Below are positions 34,370-45,790 of a stretch of 64,000 nt of DNA, in pieces. This DNA is from Chrysemys picta bellii. Lineage: Eukaryota. Both the position numbers and the translations under genes were made by a program. The notes under the pieces were generated by a model. It made no database searches. It was not told where the DNA came from and saw nothing but the letters and a program-made list of their open reading frames with translations. The stretch's first letter is position 1. Every line of letters begins with the position of its first letter. The stretch lies in NCBI RefSeq assembly GCF_011386835.1, contig NC_088806.1, positions 29,946,001 through 30,010,000 on the forward strand. The letters are read 5' to 3'.

Positions 34370-34730
34370 GCACATGTACAGAAATACACACTGTGTAGGT
34401 GCCCGTACACATGCGGCAGCATACATATACAGCCCCAAACACACGCATGTACTTACAGGCATCACAGAAATACACGGAAGGCACTACACACATGCACACA
34501 CAAATACACGCACAAACACGGACACCACAAAAGACACACAAATTCATATGCACTGAAACATGACCAGACACACACACACTGATGCGCATCAATGTATATA
34601 CACATGCCCTCATCCCCCCTGACACACCACCCCATGCATGTAAATACCACACAAGGCACACAAAGTCACATGCACTCAAACATACACAGAGTACAGCCAC
34701 ACAAATACATGTGCACACAGATACACAAGG
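34370..34730. repeat. Degenerate (CA)-rich low-complexity tract
   Basis: About 360 bp dominated by ACAC/ACAT/GCAC units; explains the C/V-rich minus-strand ORF 34275-34718. Confidence 0.9.
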
Positions 34731-34735
34731 AGATA

Positions 34736-34879
34736 GCCTGCTAAACTCAGGGTTGTGAATTCAATCTTTGAGGGGGCCATTTAGGGATCTGGGGCAAAAA
34801 AATTGGTCCTGCTAGTGAAGGCAGAGGACTAGACTTGATGACCTTTCAAGGTCCCTTCCAGTTCTAGGAGATAGGTATA
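34736..34879 (+). mobile_element. Turtle tRNA-derived SINE with CR1 tail, 5'-truncated
   Basis: GCCTGCTAAACTCAGGGTTGTGAATTCAATCTTTGAGGGGGCCATTTAGGGATCTGGGGCAAAAA...TTGGTCCTGCTAGTGAAGGCAG...GATGACCTTTCAAGGTCCCTTCCAGTTCTAGGAG. B-box-like segment present, A box missing. Confidence 0.9.
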
Positions 34880-35766
34880 TTACTATTATACGCATAGGTA
34901 CACATGTCTTCACAAACAGGAAAATATACAGGGTTCTTATCATCATTTTGTATCCTGGCTGCAATGTCTGTGTTTTTTGGAACTCTTGTTTTGCTGTTTT
35001 TTTTTTACATTTAATTAGTTGAGCCAGCTGGTTGGATTTTATGAGAGTTATTTTTATGTTTGCATTTGTTTTGTTAGCATGACCAATATACGCTCTGGCT
35101 GAGTTATACCTCTCAATCCCCCAGAACCCACCATTGTTTATTTGTATTAATGCTGGTCAAGGTATAGTTTAGTAGCTGCAGGCTCTGCTTGGTGATTTCA
35201 GCCAAAGAGAGCTGGACTCCAGCCTGTGCTCGGAGGAGAATAAGTACAGAACAGTGATATGATTTCCCCTTCATTCTTCTCATCTGGACTGGAGCTGGGA
35301 GTGACCTTATACTTTGCAGATTATTGTCCCTTGGAAATGGGATGAAAATCAGAGGCTTCACTAAGCAGAAGAAAGAGATTTCCAGCCAGCATGGCAAGAC
35401 ATGGATTCTGTTCCCCCTGGTGAAGGGATTCTAACCAGCTGCAGCATAATCACTGCCTGCATGGATGAAAGATGCTGATTTTTTAACAGGGCTAAAAATC
35501 CCCTCCAAGCTGTAAGAAAGGAACCCAGGAGAACTCTTTGGTTACAAGTGCCTGGCCCCATTTCTGGAAAGGCTCTGGGAAACAACACTTTTTCTGGAGC
35601 TGCTCTGGCTCCCTTGCTGCCATCGTCTTCAGAGCAAAGTGAGAGAGCTCGGCAGAGGCACACAAGATTAAGGGTGGGCCTGATTCAAAATCATTGAGCT
35701 CAAGGGGGGGTCTTCTCACTGCTGCATAGTTAGTAGCAGATTCTGGCCAGCTCCTGTATGTGTGCA

Positions 35767-35967
35767 CAGGGCCGGCTCCAGGCACCAGCTTAACAAGCAG
35801 GTGCTTGGAGCGGCCAAGGGAGAGGGGCGGCACCTGTGGCAATTCGGGGGAGGCAGGTCCCTCACTCCCTCTAGGAGCGAAGGACCTGCTGCTGAACTGC
35901 CGCCGAACTGCCAATCGCGGCTTTTTTTTTTTTGCTTAGGGCGGCAGAAATGCTGGAGCTGGCCCTG
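35767..35967. mobile_element. hAT MITE (201 bp) with perfect 8-bp TSD
   Basis: TIR CAGGGCCGGCTCCAG / CTGGAGCTGGCCCTG (14/15); TGTGTGCA on both flanks (35759-35766, 35968-35975); GC/CpG-rich interior. Confidence 0.9.
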
Positions 35968-36461
35968 TGTGTGCAGAGAAAGTTGTTTTTCCAAGAGAAT
36001 CTTCCTTTCTTCCTTTGCATTTTAGGTACGAAGGGAGCAGTCTGGCTACTAAACCCTCACAGGCAGGATTTTGATGTAATTAGTAGCCTGGGCTGTTATT
36101 GGTCCCATGGTGTTCTGGTTTACTGATGCAGGCTATGTCTGAAGTCTCATCTGAGATCAGGTCATGGATAGCAGAACTGCTTGTTGATTATTGATCCTGC
36201 ATTCAGCAGCGTGAGTTTAAGATCCTGAGTATGGCTTGCATGTAGTAGGGTGGATTAAAGCACCTTCGATACACAACTTTTCACTTCTAAGATGCTGGCA
36301 CAAATCCAGCCCTGTGATCAAGCTTATACCTGTTAAGGGCCCTATGCACATTAACTTGGGAAGGGGGTGGGGGTGTTCGGTGCATGTTCTGAATGGGACA
36401 AGGATCCATGGCCACCAAGCCACCAAATGCAAATGGCATGTATTGGTGTCTTTGCTAGCAG

Positions 36462-37013
36462 TGTCAGTGGAGAGGCCAAAGACTAGGTCTAGAAAATGAG
36501 TTACCCTCTTAGCCTGCGGAGGTGACCCTCTGAGACAGTGGCTGACGTCATGGGGGAAGCTTGCACTGTTACCTATGGAAGAATGGAAGCATCACACAGA
36601 TAGTATGATACGGACAGCAGGCCTGAAAGTGCTGCCACCTGAAGATGGTCTAATAAGAGAAAAGATGCTCCTGGACCCTCTCATAGGCCAGGAACAGAAG
36701 GAACCACCCTGAAAGCTATTTCACATCCCTGCCTCTGGGCACAGCTTATTGTTGAAACACAAATCTCATGAGTAACACCAAACAGTGATTTCCCCCCACC
36801 TCACGTAGCCTGCCGTACTCAGAGTCCCAGCCCCGGGAAGGGGGTCTCTCCCTTTTCTTAAATCCCTTGGTAGCTTACGGGACAGGCAGGTAGCCCTTAG
36901 CCTGTCCCTGGCTGCTTTAGCCCATTGCGATCTCCCAACCTTTTGTGTGGTCACTCTGTTCGGGAGGCTAAAATAAACAAGATGAGGCTCGGGAAAGAGG
37001 TACTCAGGTGACA
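36462..37013 (+). mobile_element. Possible solo LTR
   Basis: TGTCA...TGACA termini and AATAAA near the 3' end (~36972-36977). No matching TSD. Confidence 0.4.
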
Positions 37014-37772
37014 GGTTTTGTTTGAAATGACCCAGCTGTGGCCCTGTTTTTCCTCCTCCTTGACCTCCACTCTCCTCCTTCTCACCCCACCCCACTTCAT
37101 CTCCTGGAAACCTCCCTTCTCCTTTTCTCCCCAAACATCTCATCTTCCAGGCTGCCTTTCATTCGCCCACAGCCCTTGCTTTTCCACGTGCTTTCCTTCT
37201 CACTGTGGTGCATTCGTGTCTGTGGCGTTCTCCTTGCTCTCCGTGTCCTCAGCTGCAGTTCCACATTTCCTTTCCATTTGCTTAGTGCCTGTAACTCCTG
37301 GAAAGTTGTTGGGTTATTTTAATGTTTTTTTCCCATCTCCTCACTTTTGTTTCTTTCTTCCCCATCCTCCCCCAACCTCTCCCCTTACAGTTTCTGCTTC
37401 TGCTTTAACAGATAGCTCTCTCTGACCCACAGGGGGATCTGGAAAGCTCCTTGTTGAAATTCTGCCCCCAAACTGCACTGAGTATTGGGGTGATTTCCCA
37501 GCCACTGATGGTGTCACCCCCCCCCCCCTTCATTGCATGCTGCTAATTCATGCCTGCCAGAGATTAGGGGTGAAGAGTTTGCCTTTGGAATGGGCCCGTT
37601 TACTGCAAATGTCATGTCCTTGCAAAGCATTGCCATAGCCTTTGAAAAATCTCCCCCATCCCAATTCTAATGACACAAACTGATTCCAGGGCCAATCTGT
37701 CCATACAAGATCTGATCCTGCCCCTTGAATGTCAGTGGGAGTTTTGCTCAGTATCAGTTGCAGTGTAAACTT

Positions 37773-38072
37773 TAGAGCTACTTGGAAAATGCCAGTTATT
37801 TTTTCTGGTTAATTATTTTTTTAATTGTTTTATTTTTTTATAAAGTTCCTGTGAATATTTTTGTTTTGTGATTTTTTTTCATTGAAAAAACAAAACACAC
37901 ATCTAAAAAGTTTTTAATTTTCAATAATTGTTTTCTTTAAAAAAAGGTCAGTTGTTGGTAAATAAAATTACTGAAACATTTTCTGTTTTTAAAAAGAATG
38001 TTTTTCTATTTTGGTGAAAAATCCACCTGCCCCACCCAAAATATTTCCACAACAATATTTCAGCCATCTCTA
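37773..38072. mobile_element. AT-rich hAT-type element (same family as 6292 and 28575), more decayed
   Basis: Termini TAGAGCTAC / CCATCTCTA and similar interior; TSD not recognisable. Confidence 0.55.
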
Positions 38073-39828
38073 ATACATGTTTCCAGCAGGAGCATTAATA
38101 TAAGCTTGTTTGCCAAGTTGAATTCACTGCTCCCTTGATTATAGTTAGAAAAAGCTTTTAAAAATATATTGGAAAAGGAAATTAATAGTTTCCCCAGTTG
38201 TTCATGACATCCTTAGGAGCTTTGGGGTTTATTACAGGATGAGTGGAGCCTCATGTGTAATATTTGCAAATACAGCTCTACAATTAATTCCCAGCAAAGG
38301 GCAAGGTGAATTCCCCCCACCCGCTTTTTTCTGTTTGCAAATTGTCAGTGAGCAAAGTCTTCTAATTTTCTCAAATTAATTTGTCATTGTAATTGTTTAG
38401 CTACCAATCTCCATGGATAGTTCTTGGTCCGACCAAGGCTCATGAGCTCTTTGTTCTAAATATTGATTCTATTCAAAATTTCAAGAACTTTCAAAATATC
38501 TTGGCTAGTTTTGATTGGATGCATACATCACATGGCATTGTTTCTTTTCCCTGATTGGATGAGTGTGACGCTTACAATCAAGTTTCTGGCCCGAACACTT
38601 GTATTTATGAGCTTAATATTCATTTCCTGTGGGCACTGGCTTAAAAATTGCTGCCCCTGTAAAAGATCCCACCAGCCAACTTATTAGCAAAGATATTCAC
38701 AGAAACCAAACACAAAGGGAGGAGCAAACACCACCACCCAAACCCTATTGACAATACATCCCTGCTGCTGCCTCGAGAGTGAAGAATAATCTGATACCAA
38801 AAAGCTTTTTATTAAAAAAATAAATCCTTGCTCCTCTCAGTTTCTTAGTTTCATCGGGAGCTGGATAGAGACATTCAAAGCTCCTCCAGGCAACTGCTGA
38901 TCTTGCAGGGTGTTCAGCTCCAGCTACAAAGCTTAGCCTTACAAGATTTCCAGCCCCAATTTGAGAATGAAATTCATTTGGTTGCGGCCATCCAATGGGA
39001 ACTACACCAGCATTGGAGACCCATTCATTGATAACGCGGCTGCTCCGGTTGGTTTGGAGCTGAGTGGATGCTTTTCACCTTCTAACAGTGGAATGAAAAA
39101 GAAATCTAAAGGAGCACGCACCCCCCTGCAATGGGCTGGCCAGCTCCAAAGGCAGGTTACCCCCATGCACCTGACCTATAGATCTCTCATGTCCCAATTA
39201 AGTTCTTTGATTGCACCAAATGGCAAGTATTTAAGTAGTACATTGGCATTATGCTAGTCCTGTACCCAGGGACAAATTTCACCCATTCTTGTATTCCACC
39301 ACTGACCTCTTCATGTACTGCATGAGTTAATTCCCTGCGGCCCTGACACTGTGAAAAACTAGAGATCCCTACACCCTGCAGGTCAGAGTGGACCCCCTGG
39401 GATGAAATAGCAGAGACAGCTGCATTTTTCACTTCCCACGAATCCCCATGAACCTGTGACAGAAGTTGTCTGTGAGGCATCCAGGTATTTGTTTATCATA
39501 CAGAGCATCTCTCTGGTTGTCCCACATTAATCATTTGTGCTTTGCCTCTCTGGCTGGCTCTCAACACAATGGGTGGCTTGTATCTCTCTCCTGAGAGCAG
39601 CTGTGTGCAATTCCTTAACTTTTACCCATAATAAAAGTGAGTTGTTGGTGTCACAAACTGATGATCATAATCCATCCCAGCTTTTCAAGGAGAGAGTGAC
39701 AAATGGAGTGTGGCCTGGTATTGTTGGCTAGTCATTTCACTGCTTTAGGATTACCCCAGGTAATATTTCCTCTGTACACAGCCCTGGTGAGCCTGCACAG
39801 GAAATACTGTTTACAGTTAGAGGTTTCT

Positions 39829-39852
39829 CAACAACAACAACAACAACAACAA
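39829..39852. repeat. (CAA)8 microsatellite
   Basis: Perfect trinucleotide run. Confidence 0.95.
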
Positions 39853-41344
39853 AAAGCTTTAAAATCAAGTGGAAACAAAGATAAGAGGGTTGGAAGGTCT
39901 GACATGAGAAAAAGATAAAGGAACTTAACTTATGGAGCTTTAAAGAAATAAAGGGGCATAAGGGAGTTGGGAAGAATAAGATAGAGCTATACAAAGAATA
40001 ATAATTTTATTTATAAATTGCTCCACTCCAAGACACACAGTGGCCCAGATAGACAATTAAAACACAATAATAATAAACAATAATAATTAAAACATCATAA
40101 AATGCACAATATAAAAAGCAAACAATGTACTAAAAAGCCCATGAAATCCTGGAGAGGAAATAAAATAAAGGCAAAGGGGGAAAACATATTTGAAGTTGAC
40201 TGAGGATATATCACAGGCATTAATGACTTTGCACTTGGAAAAGGCCAAGTTTAGATTAGATGTAAGGGAAAACATCCTAGCAGGGAGAGCACATGGGCCC
40301 TGGGAGCTCTACCGAGGGTGGGCATAGTGCAGCAACAGCACTGGAAGGCTTCACAAAGAATCCTACCACACACTCAGATAACAGTGTAGTGAGCTAGCCA
40401 CCAAGGGCAGGTGGTTGAAAGTGAAGTCCAGTACCATTCCCAAGATCTGTGATCACAGCATGGGCAGTGAGAAGCAAAGAGAAAGAAACGCCTGAGTTAT
40501 GTGTAAAGCCCAGTGCTGGTGACTCAGATCTTTAGTCTTTGAAAAGTAGCTCACCGCAATCAGCCTGCTGATGGAGCTGGGATGCAGTAGGTAAGTGGCC
40601 TTGCAGACCTGCGCCTGCTCTGCTTGTTTACGTGGAAAAGACAAAACTACGTATAAGGATCATCACCTCTCCAAACAGACCGATGGTCCACCTCCCTCGG
40701 CGTCCCAACTCCAACAGCAGGTTTCACCCCCTTGTCTCCTCTCTGCCTCCTAAAAGTGCATCACTGTGCCAGATGCCACTACACTGCTGGAGGAAGGAGG
40801 AAAGAGGAAGGATCCTCCTGCCCTCACTGCCCCCTGCTGGTGATCAAGTCTTGACCTGAAGCATGAAGAAAGAACTTCATCCTAGACACTGTATGGCGCA
40901 AGGCTATCAACCAACCATAAGTGCCCAGGGCATCCTGGGTGAGACTCAGGGCAGTAATAGAGCCCCATGGGACAAATGTATGCCCCTCCTTCTTGACCAC
41001 ACAGGGATCTCTTGCAGCAGAACTGGTTGCTCTTCACCTGTACTAGAGGGACAGGATTTGGGGCGTGCACCCGTTCTCCCCCCCCCCCCCCTTGACACCG
41101 ACTCCAGCTGCATGGGTATTCCCTGTGTGCTGCCAAGTGGCTGGCTATGGAGTGGAGCAAGGGCAGGACAGCCACTGCTATGTGGGTCAACTGCCAATGT
41201 CCCCCTGCAAATGGGGCATGCAAGCAGCAGCATGGAGCCGATGTCAGCCCGGTGTCTGGAGGAGCCAGTGAGGAGAAACTCTCCAATGCTCAGCCGGGTT
41301 CTGGGCCTGGAAACATAAGTATTTGGGGATGCTGTGTTTGCCAT

Positions 41345-41510
41345 AGGGGAGCATAGGAACTGCCAGGGCCGATCTGACCTGGGGTCCCTCTAGCTTAGTC
41401 CCCTTTCTGATAGTGGCCAGGACTAGCTGCTTCATGGAAAGGTGCAAGGAACGCTGCAGTTATGGGACAACCTGCCCCAAGGGAAAGGTTCGTCTTATCT
41501 CCAGTAGTTA
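41345..41510 (-). mobile_element. Old CR1/L3 3' UTR fragment
   Basis: GCATAGGAACTGCCAGGGCCGATCTGACC...TCTGATAGTGGCCAGGACTAGCTGCTTCATGGAAAGGTGCAAGGA resembles the reverse of the 17690 and 49281 family. Confidence 0.6.
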
Positions 41511-41556
41511 CTTCTGGGCAGAAATGAGCAAAGTCTCCTGTTAGCTCATTAAACAC

Positions 41557-41865
41557 CAGAGGTCAGCAACCTTTCAGAAGGGATGTGCCGAGTCTTCATT
41601 TATTCACTCTAATTTAAGGTTTCGCGTGCTAGTAATATATTTTAACGTTTTTAGAAGATCTCTTTCTATAAGTCTATAATATAGAACTAAATGATTGTTG
41701 TATGTAAAGTAAATAAGGTTTTTAAAATGTTTAAGAAGCCATTTAAAATTAAATTAAAATGCAGAGCCCCCGAGGTCGGAGGCCAGGACCCGGGCAGCGT
41801 GAGTGCCACTGAAAATCAGCTCGTGTGCCGCCTTTGGCATGCATGCCATAGGTTGCCTACCCCTG
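41557..41865 (+). mobile_element. hAT MITE (309 bp)
   Basis: TIR CAGAGGTCAGCAACC / GGTTGCCTACCCCTG; 8-bp TSD TTAAACAC / TTATACAC. Confidence 0.88.
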
Positions 41866-43363
41866 TTATACACAATAGTCCTAAACCTTTAGCATGAAAC
41901 TGCCTTGGCAGGTGAAAAAGCATTTCTGCATGGCTAGTTTGGGCACGCATAAAGCTTTCTTCTCCCTATGAAAATGGCCTAGTGTGCCAGGTTGCATATA
42001 ACTGGGGATTTGCAGAGAACTGTTCATGGCTATTTCAAATCATTTGCTTTTAGTTAGTGGCTAATCTGCTAGCTCTTCACCAAACATTGGATCAAATTTC
42101 AGGAAATAATGGGCATCACATCTAAAAACAGCGGGACTCCTTTATGTGATGTTGCCTTGCCACATTGTGTTATGTCATGTTGTCCCAAACTTCAGCACAG
42201 CTTGGGCTGGCATGAGGGTAACACATCCTGATTAAGAATGTAAAGACAAGTGCAAACTTCTTTGTGTATAGGCCATGGAGATGGGAATCAGAAGATCAGG
42301 GGAGACTAAAATGCAGCATGACTGCAGCACATACAAACCAGAGGATGCCAGAATGCTTCTGACAAGTTACACCAATTATATTCCAGTTATTTGTCGCACC
42401 GCTTAGCTCATCAGTTTCCATTTCAAGCATGAGGCTATGTCGAAAGATGAGCCATTAATAAGGAAGTGGAGCAGGTCAACAGCAAGAGGGATGAAGTTTT
42501 GGGAGTGCCTGAATTCCTGTCCCTGCAAAGGAGTACCCCAGGCCAATGCAACATAAATAAATATGCCATAGAGCAACAGTGTATCTCTGCATTTTGCCAC
42601 GTATTATGTGTGGGAATGACTCAGACGATACGCTGCACAGGATAATGATGAGAATGTATTGTAGTAGCCAGCTCTGGGAAAAGAGACAAAGCTGGAGTTT
42701 ACCGTACCTGCCGGTTAATAGCTGGAGAACTGTGCTGCTGGAAAATTCAGTTTGCCCTTGGAACATTAGCCATAGAGTTTGAAAACTTCTTTTCTCGGTG
42801 ACACTGGCTGTGGGTGATGCCTGCAACAGGGAGACTCTCCGAAAAGATGCATTTTCTGACCGTGAGAAAGTCACTCTGACCGAGAGCATCACCGTGTGCT
42901 ATTGAAATTTCAATGCCCTCCATCAGTTCAGCCTGGTATTAGGGATAGGAAGGCTGGCCCAGAAAATGCTTTTCAGATCCACCTGTGAGTCAGGAGCTGT
43001 GGGGAATAAGTTCTCCTGTGAACCCTCAATCCTACAGTCTTTCGAGCCTAAAAATAAGCTGGGCAGATTTTAATGGGGGGAGTGGTGAGGGGTCTTGTCA
43101 TGCACGGGGTGGCAGGTCAGTGCAGAGGAAGGAAGGACCATGGCTCTGCCTCCCCAGTACCACTTTCTGACCCTTTGGGGGCAAGGTGACGCTTTGGGGG
43201 CTCACAGAAGGAGCAGTCCCTGCACTCTCTCTCCAGACCCAGGAGAAACCATGGGGGGAAGCATCATCAAAGGCTGTTAGTGCTGCATATCCCATGGCTT
43301 CATTACATCCCAGCATTTCCAAGGTGGCATCCAATTAAGGCTGATTTCCGTTGAATTTAATTA

Positions 43364-43905
43364 CATAGGAACATGGGATTTGACAGACAGGACTAGGCAA
43401 TTGGTCCATCTACTCCAGCATCTCACCTCACAATGCCTGATGCTTCAAAGGAAGGTGGAAATGTCACCACTCCTAAGTGAACCTGGACAATTGTGGCTGG
43501 GGAAGAATTCCTGCCTGACCTCTTCAGACATTATCTTCAGCATGAGCTTGGATTAGCCTTCTCTTTTCCTTGCATTGCTAAAAAGGTAATTATTGATTGT
43601 AAAATTATGCAGCTTCATTTTAAATCCAGCTACATTTAACTTTATGACCTGCTATGGATGCTAATTCCACAGGCTGCCAACATACTGGATGAGAAAACAT
43701 TGACTTCTATTTATTCTAGATTTACCTGCTATTAACTGCAGTGAATGGGCCCTTGTTCTCTTACTTCAATATAGCAAACTAGGGACTGATCAGTTTTCAT
43801 TCTACTCTTCATAATCTTAACTCTTCAAATTGAATGCTTTCTAGCCTTTCTCCTTGCCAGGCTAAATAATCCCAGTTTGATAGGTCCTATCATACTGCGT
43901 ATTAT
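43364..43905 (-). mobile_element. Old CR1/L3 fragment
   Basis: CATAGGAACATGGG...TTGGTCCATCTACTCCAGCATC tail, followed by CTAATTCCACAGG...CCCTTGTTCT...GGCTAAATAATCCCAGTT (antisense RT C-terminal pattern). Confidence 0.65.
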
Positions 43906-45196
43906 GCAGGCTTATTTTTGTGCCAACAATTTTTGCACCTACAATGAATAACAGGTGAAACTGGGAGTCCTTAGACATCTTTCTACTGCATTGCACCAAC
44001 AAATCAGGAGGTTAGTTGTCTAAGTGCTACCAGCCATGCCCGCAGTTCATTGCAGCTGCTTTTATTTGTCAGTGGAAAATCATGCCCCAAAGTCTGAAGG
44101 CCTGTCTGAAAATCACCCCATTGTCTGCTTCTGCAGGTAAGCAAAGAAAGAGAGAGAGAGAGAGATGCACATGCAGACATCAACACACAGATTTCCAGCC
44201 TGAATTTGTATCACTTTTGGTTCTTCAAAGATAAACAAATAGATTGGTGTTGTTTTTTTCCCCTTCTTCTGCTGCTGAGCTGGTGTGAGGTGTCTTTTGT
44301 AGAGAGAGCCCTTTAAAAGCTCTGGGAAGCAATTCCAACATTTTCTATAGGTGCAGAAAGATAATTGAATGCTTTCAAAGAACACTGTGAGGCAGGAAAA
44401 GTTCAATTTTGCAGCGTCGCATTCCCTGCATGGACTGAGCTTTGTGCCTTGGTGGGTTTTTTGTTTGTTGGTTTTTGTTTTTGTGTTTTGCCCTCCTCCG
44501 TTCCTGTAGAAGTTGAATTGCTCTCTGTGTTTTTGTGGTTTGTCTCTAACAAAGCAGGTAGGGTGGGAAAGGAGAAATGATCTAAAATCTGACCAAAGGC
44601 TCTTGTAATCTATCAATCAGTAAAGCAGGGACTATTTTTTATCTCATCTGAAATAAGGAAGAAGGAGCCTTTTCCGGGCAGTGATGACGGTCAAAAAGCC
44701 TTTCTGCTGAACCCACACAGCAGCACAAAAGGCAGCTCCAGGCAATTTGCTGGGTTTGGTGGTTTTGTTTTGAATTTGTTGATTCACAGGCAGAACTAGA
44801 GTGATATTTTGGAAGCAGAGAGGGGATTTTCTTATCTCTACAGTGCTTGCTGGCACAGCGATTAGATCTGTTTGGGTGTGAAGGGAAGAGCTTACTGCCG
44901 GCTGGAAATGAGCATCCAGCAGGCCTGAAGTAGCCAGATATTCTCACATCGCTCTTTCAATGCACCCCCAGCCTGGAGTTCCAGGAGACGGGGTAGGGGC
45001 AAGAGAAGGAGAGTGGGTCTCTTTACTCTGACCATCCGAGGATCCAGTTATCTTTACAGACACCTCTCGCTCTGTGGCTCTGCCCCTTTAGATGTACACT
45101 CCCCAGTCAGTCGCGAGTGGTGCAAAAACCCAAGCTCCCCCAGTGTCTGTGGGGTCCATGTTGGGACTGAGGTATATGAATTATTCTGGGCGTTTG

Positions 45197-45290
45197 TCAG
45201 GGTCGATGTGGCTCAGCTGACATATTTGACCAGACGCCGTGTTGCTTTCGAGAACTCAGCCCACTCCTGTTGCTGCTGACGCCTACAGCA
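45197..45290 (-). other. Candidate exon start after a strong acceptor (unassigned)
   Basis: Minus strand TTTGTTTCCATCTGTATTTTCTACAG| followed by unique sequence that retains CpGs. Confidence 0.2.
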
Positions 45291-45483
45291 CTGTAGAAAA
45301 TACAGATGGAAACAAATCTGTTAAGTCCCATTTAGCCCATCTCACTGCCAAATGTTTATTCCGCTGATTACAGACCACATCGTCTAACCTACTTATAAAG
45401 GGCCTATGCCATGTGCCTGCCACTGCTTCAGTAGCGTGGTGTCCTACACAGTCCAACAGGCTTCACTGTAGTAACAAAGGAAC

Positions 45484-45790
45484 AATGATCTCATGGTTAA
45501 AGCATCAGACTGCGGCTCAGGAGGGACTCTGGGCTCAGTTCCCAGGACTACCCCCAATCCCCTGTGTGATTCTAAGTCATTTAAACTCTCTGTGCCTCAG
45601 TGCCCCCTCTGTAAAATGGGGATCAGAATTCTTCTTTTCTGCCACTCTTCAACTTTCTTGTCTGTTTGGATTATAATCTCTTTGGGGCAGGGACAGTTAT
45701 TTATTGTGTGTGATCAACACCGAGCACAACGTGGACTGATCTCAGTGGGAGCCTCTAGGTGCTACCATAATGCAAACCAATAATAATAAA
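45484..45790 (+). mobile_element. CORE-SINE with tRNA-like head and L2-like tail
   Basis: TGGTTAAAGCATCAGACTGCGGCTCAGG head; CTCTCTGTGCCTCAGTGCCCCCTCTGTAAAATGGGGAT core; TTTGGGGCAGGGAC...GATCTCAGTGGGAGCCTCTAGGTGCTACCATAATGCAAACCAATAATAATAA tail. Confidence 0.8.

Noticed and set aside
34275-34718. 147-aa C/V-rich ORF resembling a cysteine-rich protein
   Set aside because: It is simply the translation of the (TG)-rich low-complexity strand.
34736-34790. tRNA gene
   Set aside because: The tRNA-like segment lacks its 5' half and continues into SINE body and CR1 tail sequence.
44681-44710. Box C (GTGATGA) and box D (CTGA) pair
   Set aside because: Only 30 nt from start to end with no terminal stem, too short for a C/D snoRNA.
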